A stretch of DNA of 63,509 bases, the filler included, from Licmophora abbreviata (taxonomy: Eukaryota), in the NCBI GenBank assembly GCA_900291995.1. It is 11 parts of 11 records of this genome, joined end to end, with 100 filler letters (N's around TTAATTAATTAA, not from the genome) between each part and the next. Parts side by side here need not be neighbours in the genome. Positions count along the whole stretch, not along the records: positions 1 to 9,797 come from OLMU01005630.1; 10 more parts are not named here. One strand, written 5' to 3'. Of the stretch, positions 1-9,897 are shown in pieces. The translations under genes and the position numbers were made by a program. The notes under the pieces are model-generated. The model did no database searches. It saw only the letters and a list, made by a program, of their open reading frames with translations, and was not told the origin of the DNA. The number at the start of each line of letters is the position of its first letter. Within the stretch, counting starts at the first letter, position 1.

Positions 1-2852
1 GGATGCTGCCGATGGACTTTTACGGGTTTGTGTGAGACACTCGGTGGAAGCTTCCCGCTAAGAGACGAGCCCATCGTTGACCCAGGCCGTGGCGCAGAGG
101 GCTCATCTTCGTCTTTCGGTCCAAAATCGTAAGGTACCAGCTTGGGACCCTCTCCGTCTTTGCCGCTCTCCGGAGGAGCCCATTCTCCTTTGAAATCTAG
201 GTCTTCCGGAAGCGTCTCTCCCTCAAGTGGATTCTGCGGTGGTTCGTTTCCAACACCAAAAGCCGAAATGTCCCCTCCACCTCCGTCCAAACCTTGCCCA
301 TACATTTCTGGTGGAGATAATGACGGTCCCGTGTCCGATCCACCTTGAGGGGGCGAGATTGCGCTCCCTCCAGGTGGTTGTTCCATTCGTGGGCCCCCGT
401 CGGGTGCAGCATCATAGGAAGAAACGTCTCCATTCATACCATAAGACGCTGTGTCGCCGTTCATACCGTACGATGCTGTGTCGCCGTTCATACCGTATGA
501 TGATGTATCCCCGTTCAAACCGTATGATGAGGTATCCCCGTTCATACCGTATGATGAGGTATCTCCGTTCATACCGTATGATGAAGTATCTCCGTTCATA
601 CCGTATGACGAAGCATCACCATTGGTACCATAGGACGACGACATTCCACTATCTCTTTCAGGCTTTCCTTGCCCAGACTTGAAATTGTAGGGGCTAGGAC
701 CCATTCCAGGTCCAAAACTGCCCTTACTCGCACCCGGACTGGCAGAAGAAATCGATTCCTCACCCATGAGTGACCCACTGTCCTTGAAATCAAACGGTTG
801 GACACCAGGACCCCCACCCGGTCTCGGACCACCTCCGTTCATACCATAGGGCGGCATGCCCCCATTCATTCCGTAAGGCGGCATTTCCCCGTCCATACCA
901 TAGGGCGGCGGCATTTCCCCATAATTACCATAGGGTGACATGTCTCCGCCGTACGGGTCCCCATCTTCTTCTTGTCCAGATTTGAACATATACGGACTGG
1001 GGCCCATTCCAGGTCCGGGACCAGTTTTACTTGCACCAGACATTCCCATGTTCGATTGGTTTGGGGGTGGTCTATCTCCATTCATACCATAAGGTGACGC
1101 GCCCATGCCTGATCCGCCTTGCGGCGCAGAGGGACCTCCTCCTCCAGGCGGTGGTCGCATCCTCGGACCCTCATCTGGACGGTTGCCATACGAGGACCTA
1201 TCTCCATTCATGCCATAAGACGATACGTCTCCGTTCATGCCATTAGAGGACCTGTCTCCGTTCATACCGTACGACGATTGATCTCCGTTCATACCATTCG
1301 ATCCTCCATCCCCATTCATACCATATGAAGTATCACCATTCATACCATAAGACGATGTATCTCCGTTCATGCCATAAGACGTGTCACCATTCATGCCATA
1401 CGACGCCGTATCTCCATTCATTCCATAAGACGATGCATCTCCATTCATTCCATAAGAAGGCATTCCACTGTCTCGTTGAGGCTTTTCTTTTCCAGACTTG
1501 AACATGTAAGGGCTAGGTCCCATACCGGGTGCAAACCCACCAGCGCCGGGGGGCGATTTCATGCCTGACTTCGATCCATCTTGCGGCGGAGGGCCTCCTT
1601 GAGGCGACGGCCTAGTTTGTCGAGGTGAAAAGGACTCCGAGCTGGGGCCTTTTGCTGGCCTGTAGCCACTACCGTTGACACCAGAAGACGACATCGACCC
1701 GGCTGGAGGAGCGCTTCCTTTCGGTGGATACTGCGGCGACGTGCGAGCACTTCCGTTAACACCAGAAGACGGCGTCGACCCAGGTTGCGGCGCTGACGGT
1801 GCACTTCCTTTCGGAGGGGCCTTGCTATCGCCGAAACTACCCCTTCTGGGACCCTGCTGCGATGCATCACCGCTTCCGTTTACACCAGACGACGGAGTCG
1901 GTCCGGCCGGCGGAACCGACGGAGCGCTTCCTTTGGGTGGCATCTTGCTCTTCCCATATGACGTGTATAGGTCCGGATTAACTCGATTCGTATCCGTTTC
2001 CTTACCCCCACTTTGAGTCCAGCCTCTCGTGGAGATGCCCATGCTCGGTCCCCCCTGCGACGGCGGCCCGCTTCCCTTGGGGGGTGGCGCCCTGTCCTCA
2101 AAGTTGTAAAGTTTAGGACCCTGCTTTGGTCGTCCACTTCCGTTCAAACCAGAAGACGGCGGTTGTCCGCCCTGTGGTGGGCCTCCTCTCGGTGGCGGCC
2201 TGGCCTGCGTGTATATCTCCGAGCTGGTCTTCGAAGTATTTGCACCGCCACCCGCTGGCCAACCTCTGTTGGACGGCGGTGGTCTGGAACCGAGCTGCGA
2301 TGATTGCTGATCAGACGGCTGGTTGGTCTTCGGCTTGGCCTCTCCCCCTTGTGGATTCTCTGGGGACCACTTTCCAGAGTTTCCAAGAGACAGGTTGCCG
2401 ATATTTGAGGACGAACGGGGGCCGGATTGAGTGGGTCTCTCTGGTGGTGTCCTCTTCGAAAATGAAAAAATATCCATCACATTCGGGCCCGATAGTTTCG
2501 ATTCCCCTCTGTTCGGAGAGCCCTTCGGAAAAGACGGTCTACGCAGCCCTGCAAAAGGGTTCCCGGGCCCCGACGAGCCGTCAGCAGGGGGCGTTTGGTT
2601 CATTGGAGCTCCACTGTCTTCGCCTTGTTGGCTACTCTCCTCTGGCCCGCTGCTAGACTCTTCGTTCCCACCATCTGACTCTGGGAAAGGGTCGCTGGGG
2701 TCGGACTGCATGTTCCAGCCGATTCTGTTGCGTGGAAGAGCCATGACAGGTCTGCTGTGGGCGCCACTGCGAAACGTAAACGTGAATCCAGCGGCAGGCC
2801 GAGGCCAAGCGAGAGCCATCAGCAGCGGGACAGCAAACATCGAACGAGTCAT
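1..2852 (-). CDS. Plastid-targeted low-complexity repeat protein 1 (Gly/Ser/Pro/Tyr-rich, prion-like); 3' end runs off the window
   Basis: Not in the ORF track because it has no stop in the window. ATG at 2852 reads MTRSMFAVPLLMALAWPRPAAG|FTFTFRSG. Translated segments are open down to base 3, and no track ORF ends in this frame (~950 codons). Contains many SYGMNGD repeats, 3x GMGPSPYxFKSG and 3x PPKGSAP...SSGVNGS. The + strand ORFs 451-633 and 1675-2016 are its antisense shadows. Confidence 0.8.
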   Translation of the reverse strand, partial: MTRSMFAVPLLMALAWPRPAAGFTFTFRSGAHSRPVMALPRNRIGWNMQSDPSDPFPESDGGNEESSSGPEESSQQGEDSGAPMNQTPPADGSSGPGNPFAGLRRPSFPKGSPNRGESKLSGPNVMDIFSFSKRTPPERPTQSGPRSSSNIGNLSLGNSGKWSPENPQGGEAKPKTNQPSDQQSSQLGSRPPPSNRGWPAGGGANTSKTSSEIYTQARPPPRGGPPQGGQPPSSGLNGSGRPKQGPKLYNFEDRAPPPKGSGPPSQGGPSMGISTRGWTQSGGKETDTNRVNPDLYTSYGKSKMPPKGSAPSVPPAGPTPSSGVNGSGDASQQGPRRGSFGDSKAPPKGSAPSAPQPGSTPSSGVNGSARTSPQYPPKGSAPPAGSMSSSGVNGSGYRPAKGPSSESFSPRQTRPSPQGGPPPQDGSKSGMKSPPGAGGFAPGMGPSPYMFKSGKEKPQRDSGMPSYGMNGDASSYGMNGDTASYGMNGDTSYGMNGDTSSYGMNGDTSYGMNGDGGSNGMNGDQSSYGMNGDRSSNGMNGDVSSYGMNGDRSSYGNRPDEGPRMRPPPGGGGPSAPQGGSGMGASPYGMNGDRPPPNQSNMGMSGASKTGPGPGMGPSPYMFKSGQEEDGDPYGGDMSPYGNYGEMPPPYGMDGEMPPYGMNGGMPPYGMNGGGPRPGGGPGVQPFDFKDSGSLMGEESISSASPGASKGSFGPGMGPSPYNFKSGQGKPERDSGMSSSYGTNGDASSYGMNGDTSSYGMNGDTSSYGMNGDTSSYGLNGDTSSYGMNGDTASYGMNGDTASYGMNGDVSSYDAAPDGGPRMEQPPGGSAISPPQGGSDTGPSLSPPEMYGQGLDGGGGDISAFGVGNEPPQNPLEGETLPEDLDFKGEWAPPESGKDGEGPKLVPYDFGPKDEDEPSAPRPGSTMGSSLSGKLPPSVSHKPVKVHRQH
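425..640 (-). repeat. 27-bp coding tandem repeat (YGMNGDTSS)n; degenerate copies also at ~830-945 and ~1190-1465
   Basis: + strand unit ccgttcataccgtatgatgaggtatct, ~7 copies. Confidence 0.9.
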
Positions 2853-3297
2853 TTTGTGAGAGAAATTTCAACCTCGAAAATGCTTTCAGGGAGGACTACG
2901 AAACTGGTGCAGCGTCGTTCTCTTGCCATTGGAGGCACAGGACGGTTTTCTTTTTGAAAGTTCTAGTGGCCGAAGATACCGGTAGACCAAGCTGCTTCGT
3001 GTCATCTGCAGAGGCGTGTCTGTTTGTCTGTGATGCGGTGCAGCAACGACAAACGGCTGGCAAAAAAAGAACGCGCAGAGCGGTTGGCAGATAAGATATC
3101 GATTTTTGATCAGGCGACTGGCCACCGTTCTTGGACTGAAAACCTGCAGGTAATAAGTAAAATGTGTTGAAGTACGTACGTATTAAATAAATACACTGAC
3201 GCACTCATGAGTAGTCAGAACGCGCGAGCCGACCTGAGCTCAACATGATTGTTGCTCAAAACTGGATGACAGCCCACCACCGCTACCGATCGTCACA

Positions 3298-3310
3298 CGT
3301 AGAAAGCTAC
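3298..3310. promoter_or_regulatory. Shared upstream element CGTAGAAAGCTAC (gene 1)
   Basis: Same GTAG-N4-CTAC motif found upstream of all five cluster genes; ~450 bp upstream of ATG 2852. Confidence 0.5.
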
Positions 3311-3831
3311 CTTGTTCTTCTACGCTAATGTCACATACGACGCCTAATATATTCATTTGCATCAGAACGCCAGTCGACAGTCCAAAACAAGAGAGCGCTC
3401 CTGCTCTTACACAAGGCGGCGAGCTAAGGAGTGAGTCGACTCGTTGCGATGTCAGCCCTCTACTTAGAAGTTCGTATCATACAATCCGCTTCTCAGGTAT
3501 GGCTACATGTCAGGAAGTACACATCTGCACAGAAGGGGTGCTCGTAGACTGCATAGTATTCGGTCCTTCAGGGGTGGACCAAAAACTCGTTTGACTTGCA
3601 ACACAATCGCTATCCAAACTACCTGTGAATTTCTACAAGCAGGAAGGCGATTCGTTCAACGATACTGTGACCGTGTGCATGCCATTTCTTACAGAAAACT
3701 ACGAGTACCACCTCTATCCACTATAGCTAGAGACGACACTGCTCTTACAATTCTTAAGCCTGTTCTTCACACCCGATGGCATCGTACCAACCACTCACTT
3801 TGTATGATTACTTAATTTCGTCTTCCGTGGA

Positions 3832-6800
3832 TTACTTGTAGCTGTTCATTTCGAATGTCTTGGTGTTGAAAGACCCGCTGTTGGACCCAGATGCCGGCGG
3901 AAACACGTAGTCGCCCTTGTTCGCGTCGGGACGCTCCTCGACTCTAGTGCTGCCTTTCACGCGGCTAGCGAATGTGTTCATGGCTGCCTGGTATGGCTGT
4001 TCAGTAGCACATACCCTGTCCACCTTTGGTTTCTTTCCTCTTGTCGCACCTGAGAAGCTCGACATGGCTCCGTGATACGGTTGTTCCGGAGACCACGCCC
4101 GAGCCGTCTGTGGGATCCCACCTCGCAACGGTTTTCTTGGTCCGTCTACTAGACGGCCACCAGGGGAGCCACCGTAAGCACTCGTCTTCGACACAAGTTT
4201 CCGAGACGAGTTTCCGATTGCACGACTCGGTGGCGAGGAAATGACTCCTCTCTCTGGGTCTTTTCTTGTCACACTACGAGCGGGAGGCTTTACGTTCAAC
4301 CCGGGTGGGAACGCTGACATGGACTGCCGTGCATGTTCCCATGCCCGGTTGGCCTTGGCTCGCACCCCCATAGCAGGGTTCTTCGCATCCTGTTTCACAA
4401 GGCCACCAGAAGGGTTCAGCACGGGACTCATTCCCCGAAGAGGTTTTCTCGGCGCAGAAGCTTGCTGAGCCGTGGATCCAAGCCTACGTCCAGCGAAAGC
4501 TTCCATGGCCCTAACAAGAGGTTGGCCCGTGCCAGTTCGGGGTTTCCCTCCTCTGAGCGGCGTCTTTGGTGGTCCTGAGCGGTAGCGTTGTTTCGGTCCG
4601 GACCGAGAATAGTTGACGGTCGTTCCACCCGCAAAACTCGACATGGCTTGCATATATGGCTGTTCAGGTGTCCCGACGCGGTCGGCACGCGGGTTTCGCC
4701 AAGATCCAGCGAACGCCCGTCTAGCTTCACGCTGCTCCACGTATGCGTCTACCTGATCTGCTACCTCCTCGATATAAGCAAGATGCTCTTTGCCCGCTTT
4801 GGCGGCATCACTGATCTCTGCGATATATCCTTCTGCCATGGGCGACGCTTGATCAGCAGCGGGGGGAGAGTAAGCATCTCGTGCCGCTGCGTTCGACAAG
4901 GCAGGTGCGGCAGCAGAGGTGCTCATGCTGTCAAGGTAGCCTCTACCCTTGGCTGCCGTCTTCGGCTTTCCTCTCGCGGGCATCTTTTTCACTGGGCTGC
5001 CACCGAGCGCCGTAAGGTAGTCTCCGCTAGCGGCCGCTGGTGTAGATGTCGTAGCAGGAGTAACAGGAACAGCATTAGGGGATGCGTGTGAAGCTGGCCC
5101 TGTTGAAGTGGAGGAGGGAGGTGTCGCAGCAGAGGTGCCCATATTGTCAAGGTAGCCCATACCCTTGGCCGCCGTCTTCGGTTTGCCTCTAGCGGGCATT
5201 TTCTTCACTGGGCCGCCACCCAGTGCCGTGAGGTAGTCGCCTCCCGCCGGAGTGTTCGGCCCGGACGCCGGAATCGACGAGAAGGCAGGAGCAGCGGGAG
5301 CAGCAGCGGCACCTGACCACGCTGGTGTCGCGACACTGCTCATGTTGTCCAGGTAGCCTCTACCCTTGGTCGCCGTCTTCGGCTTGCCTCTGGCAGGCTG
5401 CTTCGCCACTGCACCTCCACCGAGTGCCGTGAGGTAGTCGCCTCTGGCCGGAGTCGACGACAAGGCGGGGGCAGCAGGAGCGGCGCCCGACCACGCCGGT
5501 GTAGCGACACTGCTCATGTTATCAAGGTAGCCTCTACCCTTGGTCGCTGTCTTCGGTTTGCCTCTGGCAGGCTGTTTTGACACTGCACCTCCACCGAGCG
5601 CCGTGAGGTAGTCGCCTCCGGCAGGAGTGCTTGGTCCGACTGCCGGTGTCGACGACCAGGCAGAAGCAGCTGGAGCTGCAGGTGTGATCGTCACAGCACT
5701 GCCCATGTTATCAAGGTAGCCTCTACCCTTGGCCGCAGTCTTTGGCTTGCCTCTGGCAGGCTGCTTTGACACTGCACCTCCACCGAGCGCCGTGAGGTAG
5801 TCGCCTCCGGCAGGAGTGCTTGGTCCGACTGCCGGTGTTGACGACCAAGCGGAAGCAGCCGGTGTTGCAGCACTTCCCATGTTATCGAGGTAGCCTCTGC
5901 CCTTAGTCGCAGTCTTTGGTTTGCCTCTAGCAGGAATTTTCTTCACAGGACCTCCACCTAGTGCTGCGAGGTAATCTCCTTCGGCAGTTTTGCTCGTAGA
6001 GGCCGCCGCTGTCGACGACCAAGCAGGAGCAGCCTGCGTGCTCGACCTCGCCGGCGTCGCAACAGCACTACCCATGTTATCAAGGTAGCCTCTGCCTGCG
6101 GCCGCCGTCTTTGGCTTGCCTCTCGGAGGCTGCTTCAATACTGGACCGCCACCGAGTGCAGATAGGTAGTCTGCTCCAGCAGGATTGCTCGAGACGGCGA
6201 CCGGCGGAGAGATGGCAGCAACAGCCGGAGGAACACTTCTGACACGAGGAGGCGTTCGGGTCAAGGCCGAAAACTCGGGAAGGGGGGCATTCTGTGGATC
6301 TGCCATGAAGACATGCACTGACTGCGCGACGCCCTTCAAGTAGGAGAGGTAATCCTTTGCAGAGCTCACAGTGCCCTCCAAGTCGGACAAGTAGTCCATA
6401 GCTTCCACCGGAGTACCGGCTGGACTCGCTGCGACTGCGGTGCCTCCACCGTTCAAGTGTGCAAGCTTGGACCTGACGTCGTGGGCAAGTTGCTCCATGT
6501 AGTTCAGATAATCCATCGCCGAAAGGGCGGCCTTTTCAACATTCGCGAGATACTCCCTTACTTCCGCCGGGTTTTGGAGGTCAGGAAGATCAGCTCGTCC
6601 GCTGCTGAGCGATGGCGGTGGTGATCCCGGGGTCGATTCGAGATCTACTAGATAGGCTCTCACCACGGTCGCTACCTCCTCAAGATACCCAAGATACTCT
6701 TTCGCTGTTTCTGCACCAGCAGCGATCTGGTTGAGGTATCCACACGCCAATTTGAAACCTTCCTGTTCTGACTGGGACATCTGTCCTGCCATATCCATAT

Positions 6801-6984
6801 CGGAAAGAAGTCCACCGCCGACAGAAACTAAGCTTTTGGTAAGAACCTTCAGGTCCATGGCTGAATTGGCAAAGACAGACGCTGATGTCTTGACATACGA
6901 CGGAGGTCGCTGGACAAAGGCGGCTGCTCCGCCAAGGGCGCAAATTACGAGCATCGCCAGGGGCCTTGACATGGTCGATCTCAT
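3832..6984 (-). CDS. Plastid-targeted repeat protein 2 (1050 aa; 7x DYLxALGG-PARGKPKT-GYLDNM)
   Basis: Long ORF. Presequence MSRPLAMLVICALGGAAA|FVQRP. Four helical YLxx[LIV]...YLxY[LM]ExVA repeats, seven Ala/Pro/Lys-rich repeats, and C-terminal QPYxxAMxxF motifs. Confidence 0.88.
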   Translation of the reverse strand: MRSTMSRPLAMLVICALGGAAAFVQRPPSYVKTSASVFANSAMDLKVLTKSLVSVGGGLLSDMDMAGQMSQSEQEGFKLACGYLNQIAAGAETAKEYLGYLEEVATVVRAYLVDLESTPGSPPPSLSSGRADLPDLQNPAEVREYLANVEKAALSAMDYLNYMEQLAHDVRSKLAHLNGGGTAVAASPAGTPVEAMDYLSDLEGTVSSAKDYLSYLKGVAQSVHVFMADPQNAPLPEFSALTRTPPRVRSVPPAVAAISPPVAVSSNPAGADYLSALGGGPVLKQPPRGKPKTAAAGRGYLDNMGSAVATPARSSTQAAPAWSSTAAASTSKTAEGDYLAALGGGPVKKIPARGKPKTATKGRGYLDNMGSAATPAASAWSSTPAVGPSTPAGGDYLTALGGGAVSKQPARGKPKTAAKGRGYLDNMGSAVTITPAAPAASAWSSTPAVGPSTPAGGDYLTALGGGAVSKQPARGKPKTATKGRGYLDNMSSVATPAWSGAAPAAPALSSTPARGDYLTALGGGAVAKQPARGKPKTATKGRGYLDNMSSVATPAWSGAAAAPAAPAFSSIPASGPNTPAGGDYLTALGGGPVKKMPARGKPKTAAKGMGYLDNMGTSAATPPSSTSTGPASHASPNAVPVTPATTSTPAAASGDYLTALGGSPVKKMPARGKPKTAAKGRGYLDSMSTSAAAPALSNAAARDAYSPPAADQASPMAEGYIAEISDAAKAGKEHLAYIEEVADQVDAYVEQREARRAFAGSWRNPRADRVGTPEQPYMQAMSSFAGGTTVNYSRSGPKQRYRSGPPKTPLRGGKPRTGTGQPLVRAMEAFAGRRLGSTAQQASAPRKPLRGMSPVLNPSGGLVKQDAKNPAMGVRAKANRAWEHARQSMSAFPPGLNVKPPARSVTRKDPERGVISSPPSRAIGNSSRKLVSKTSAYGGSPGGRLVDGPRKPLRGGIPQTARAWSPEQPYHGAMSSFSGATRGKKPKVDRVCATEQPYQAAMNTFASRVKGSTRVEERPDANKGDYVFPPASGSNSGSFNTKTFEMNSYK
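4920..6180 (-). repeat. Seven ~165-210-bp coding repeats in repeat protein 2
   Basis: Recurrent + strand blocks catgttatcaaggtagcctctaccctt... and ccaccgagcgccgtgaggtagtcgcc... Confidence 0.9.
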
Positions 6985-7195
6985 TCTGTGCCTTCTCTTT
7001 CAAGCCTCACGATCAGGAGCAGCGAGGTTTTGACAGACAAGGCTGATGGATTTTACAACTTTGATGGCAATGCGATCTTTTTTTCTGTTGGATGGATCTC
7101 TGTGATTGCTCTGTGATGATGCCTCCTGCAAAAGATCGGCACAAAATCACCGTCACGCACAAATCAAAATTCACCATGGCTCGGCTAGCTCCAAA

Positions 7196-7213
7196 TGCGT
7201 AGAAACCTACGCA
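7196..7213. promoter_or_regulatory. Shared upstream element TGCGTAG-AAAC-CTACGCA (gene 2), perfect 7-bp inverted repeat
   Basis: ~215 bp upstream of ATG 6984; matches consensus CGTAGAAANCTAC. Confidence 0.6.
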
Positions 7214-7826
7214 ATGTTTGAAATGTGGAAACCTACACAAAAGTCAAATTTTGAAATGGACGGCTCAGAGGCACTCGTACGTCATTATTGGCTCATATCC
7301 CATCTTACATTGCTAGCACAACACACAAACCAAACGATCTAACTCAAAGGACCTTGTTTCTTGTATTACTCATATCAGAATTCATCTTAAATGTTAAACA
7401 ATCATTGCAATTGAAGCCGCCGTCGGTTAGACTTGTCTACGGGAAGGCGTTCTGGTGGTGCTGGACTTTGGCACCTACTTAGAAGACTATGGTTAGATAG
7501 CCTTCTTGTACCTGGGAGTTAAAATGCAACGCATATGATCCCCATCACATGATCTACATTTCACCCTTTTGGTCGACACCAGGAAGGGAGCTGGTTCACA
7601 TCGTTACCTACCGTAGCTACGAAGCTACGCTACTGCGTGTTTGTCGACGCAGAAACGAAGGCTATTGTTTAAAATAGTAAGGCAGCTCTACTTGACTTCA
7701 AGGGCCGTTCCTATCTACATCGTACTGAAAGCTGATCTCTGTACTGACATGCCTCGCACACGAAGACTTCCATCATGCAACGTAAGTTTGCCCGCTTTTG
7801 ACTATTTGAAGTATCCTGCACTAGAT

Positions 7827-9377
7827 CTAGGGCGCGAAACCGGACATCCGAGTGCCGTTGGCAAAAACGACCTTCCTCGCTTTCATGCTAACTGATGTCC
7901 TGGTGGGGGTGTAGCTAGTTGTCTCGCTTGTGTCGGCCGGGCTGCCCGCGACTGGTTTAGAAATAGCGACCCTCATACGTTCGGAAGTGCGCACCGTCAC
8001 CAACTTGCCATCCATACTGATAGCATCGGCGCTTGATTTCTCGTAGCTATCCGCAGATAGAGGAGAGAGAAAGCCCGCGTAAGCCTCCATATACGAGGCG
8101 CTCGGTTCCAGTGTCGCAGCACGTTCGTTCGCTGCAAGAAACGATGACCGTTTTGACACCCGAGTGGGATGTACGTCAGGCTTCCTTGACATCTTCCTCC
8201 AAGGATTGCCAGTCCGGCCAGAGGAAAGACCGTTGGGGGCCGCCACCATTGCTTCCAGCGGAAGTTTTGCGGCCTTCGGGGCACTCGTGGCTCGTTCGTG
8301 AGGAGCCATACTATCGGTAGGCCCACATCCCTGCGGTAGCAGTGTTACGCTATCGGTCGGCGCGGCTTTCTTTGCCATCGCGAAGTATTTCCTCATGTTT
8401 GACTCCGTTCGAGGCGGTCCCGAGACATTTCCATCCGTTCCAGACGCAGCGAATCCCGACATGGCCATTCCATGAGGCGTTTCGTTGGACGAAAAGGGCT
8501 TCTGCTTGAGCCTGACGGCTTCTGTCCTTGGAGCAACCCTCGAACGTTCGATGTATCCAGACGGGGCGCTACGATGAGTGGCCGTACTTGTCCGACTTGC
8601 AGGCAGAGAAGATAGCTCTCGTTCTGTTGTCTTTGGCGGTGAGCTCTTTGCGAGCGCGAAGTAGCTTCTCAGTGTTGAGTCCGTCCGACGTTTCGTGTAC
8701 GTTTTCCCGTCTCGACCGGATGCATCGAAGGCCGCCATGGCCCTTTCAAAGGGCGCATCATGCATTGAAAGTGTCTTTGGTTTAGCCCCCGCCATGGACG
8801 AGTTTCTCAGGGGTCTATTGGAAGACTCCATGGATCCAGCTGAAGCAGTGTTGCACGAAGATACCATGTTCGATTCACGCGGATGTGAGTTATCGGCTGG
8901 ATTTGTCTCTGTCGCCGGGGCCTTTAGAAGAGCAGAGCTATTCTTGATCGTCCCAGGCTCCAACTGAGGATTTGATCCCGTTCCTCTTTTCCTTTCGGAG
9001 GATACAAACGAAGACACCGTTCTGTGATACTGTAATCCATCGTTCGATGAAGACGTCCTTCGGTGCCCTGGCTCTATGGAATCAGGAGGAATCATTCTGA
9101 GATACGGTCGGATCTTCGACGAAGGCTGTCGCTCCATCTCCTTAGATGGTACACTGCTACTCTTTGGAAAGGAGAAGTCAACCCTTGCAGCCGACTGAGT
9201 TCCCGCGGACCTGTCCACAGCGACCGAATTGGTTTTTGGCGCGTCTCCCCTGAGCAGTTTCTTCAATCTCGCTTCTGACATAATCCTACGAAAGCAGGCG
9301 CCGGGAACAAGCGTAAACCCAGCTGCAACGTGAAGCAGCGTTGCTAGCAGCATCACAGCCTGCATCAACCGCATCAT
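7827..9377 (-). CDS. Plastid-targeted Ser/Arg-rich disordered protein 3
   Basis: ORF 7827-9440. Likely start MMRLMQAVMLLATLLHVAAG|FTLVP at 9377 (in-frame upstream ATG at 9437). Two repeats PF/HxxAMxxFxASGxDG...RTxSx[LM]RxYFAxAK. N-terminus paralogous to gene 4. Confidence 0.8.
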   Translation of the reverse strand: MMRLMQAVMLLATLLHVAAGFTLVPGACFRRIMSEARLKKLLRGDAPKTNSVAVDRSAGTQSAARVDFSFPKSSSVPSKEMERQPSSKIRPYLRMIPPDSIEPGHRRTSSSNDGLQYHRTVSSFVSSERKRGTGSNPQLEPGTIKNSSALLKAPATETNPADNSHPRESNMVSSCNTASAGSMESSNRPLRNSSMAGAKPKTLSMHDAPFERAMAAFDASGRDGKTYTKRRTDSTLRSYFALAKSSPPKTTERELSSLPASRTSTATHRSAPSGYIERSRVAPRTEAVRLKQKPFSSNETPHGMAMSGFAASGTDGNVSGPPRTESNMRKYFAMAKKAAPTDSVTLLPQGCGPTDSMAPHERATSAPKAAKLPLEAMVAAPNGLSSGRTGNPWRKMSRKPDVHPTRVSKRSSFLAANERAATLEPSASYMEAYAGFLSPLSADSYEKSSADAISMDGKLVTVRTSERMRVAISKPVAGSPADTSETTSYTPTRTSVSMKARKVVFANGTRMSGFAP

Positions 9378-9514
9378 CTTGAACAAACAGCTTTTTCTGT
9401 TGCGTTGATTTTTGATTTTGTCATTGTGATGATCCATCACCCATCACCCATCACTCGCGCCAGTTTTGAATTTCGAAATTGGAAGGAAATGTCAAGTGCG
9501 CGAGTAGAGATTCG

Positions 9515-9527
9515 CGTAGAAATCTAC
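9515..9527. promoter_or_regulatory. Shared upstream element CGTAGAAATCTAC (gene 3)
   Basis: 138 bp upstream of ATG 9377. Confidence 0.6.
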
Positions 9528-9797
9528 AGGAAAAAGTCGACCAACAATCCAGCGTGCGTTCCACATCCGCATTATTGATATTTTGTTATGTGAGAGGTCG
9601 AACGCCAAGGAACAATGATGGAAGTTTGAATCAATGTTGCCGATGGCCCTGGCGGGAGTGGACCGATAGACTAGGAGAGTCTAGTAGACCTAGAGACTAC
9701 CGGTAGTGCATTCGAATCCTTTCTATAATGGCCTTTCATAGAACGTTAGTACAACTTAGTCAGGTGCAATGAGTGTCATTTTTTAAAATCACTCTTT

Positions 9798-9897
9798 NNN
9801 NNNNNNNNNNNNNNNNNNNNNNNNNNNNNNNNNNNNNNNNNTTAATTAATTAANNNNNNNNNNNNNNNNNNNNNNNNNNNNNNNNNNNNNNNNNNNN
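9798..9897. other. Artificial contig spacer (N44-TTAATTAATTAA-N44); identical spacers at 12674-12773, 17334-17433, 20675-20774, 26421-26520, 31357-31456, 39469-39568, 58852-58951, 60128-60227, 62157-62256
   Basis: Exactly 100 bp each, with a six-frame stop linker. Confidence 0.98.

Noticed and set aside
425..640. Regular short repeats as a CRISPR array
   Set aside because: 27-bp contiguous units with no unique spacers, in frame within a eukaryotic CDS; no cas genes
9842..9853. TTAATTAATTAA as a biological repeat or piggyBac TTAA site
   Set aside because: Always centred in exactly 100-bp N spacers; an artificial six-frame stop linker
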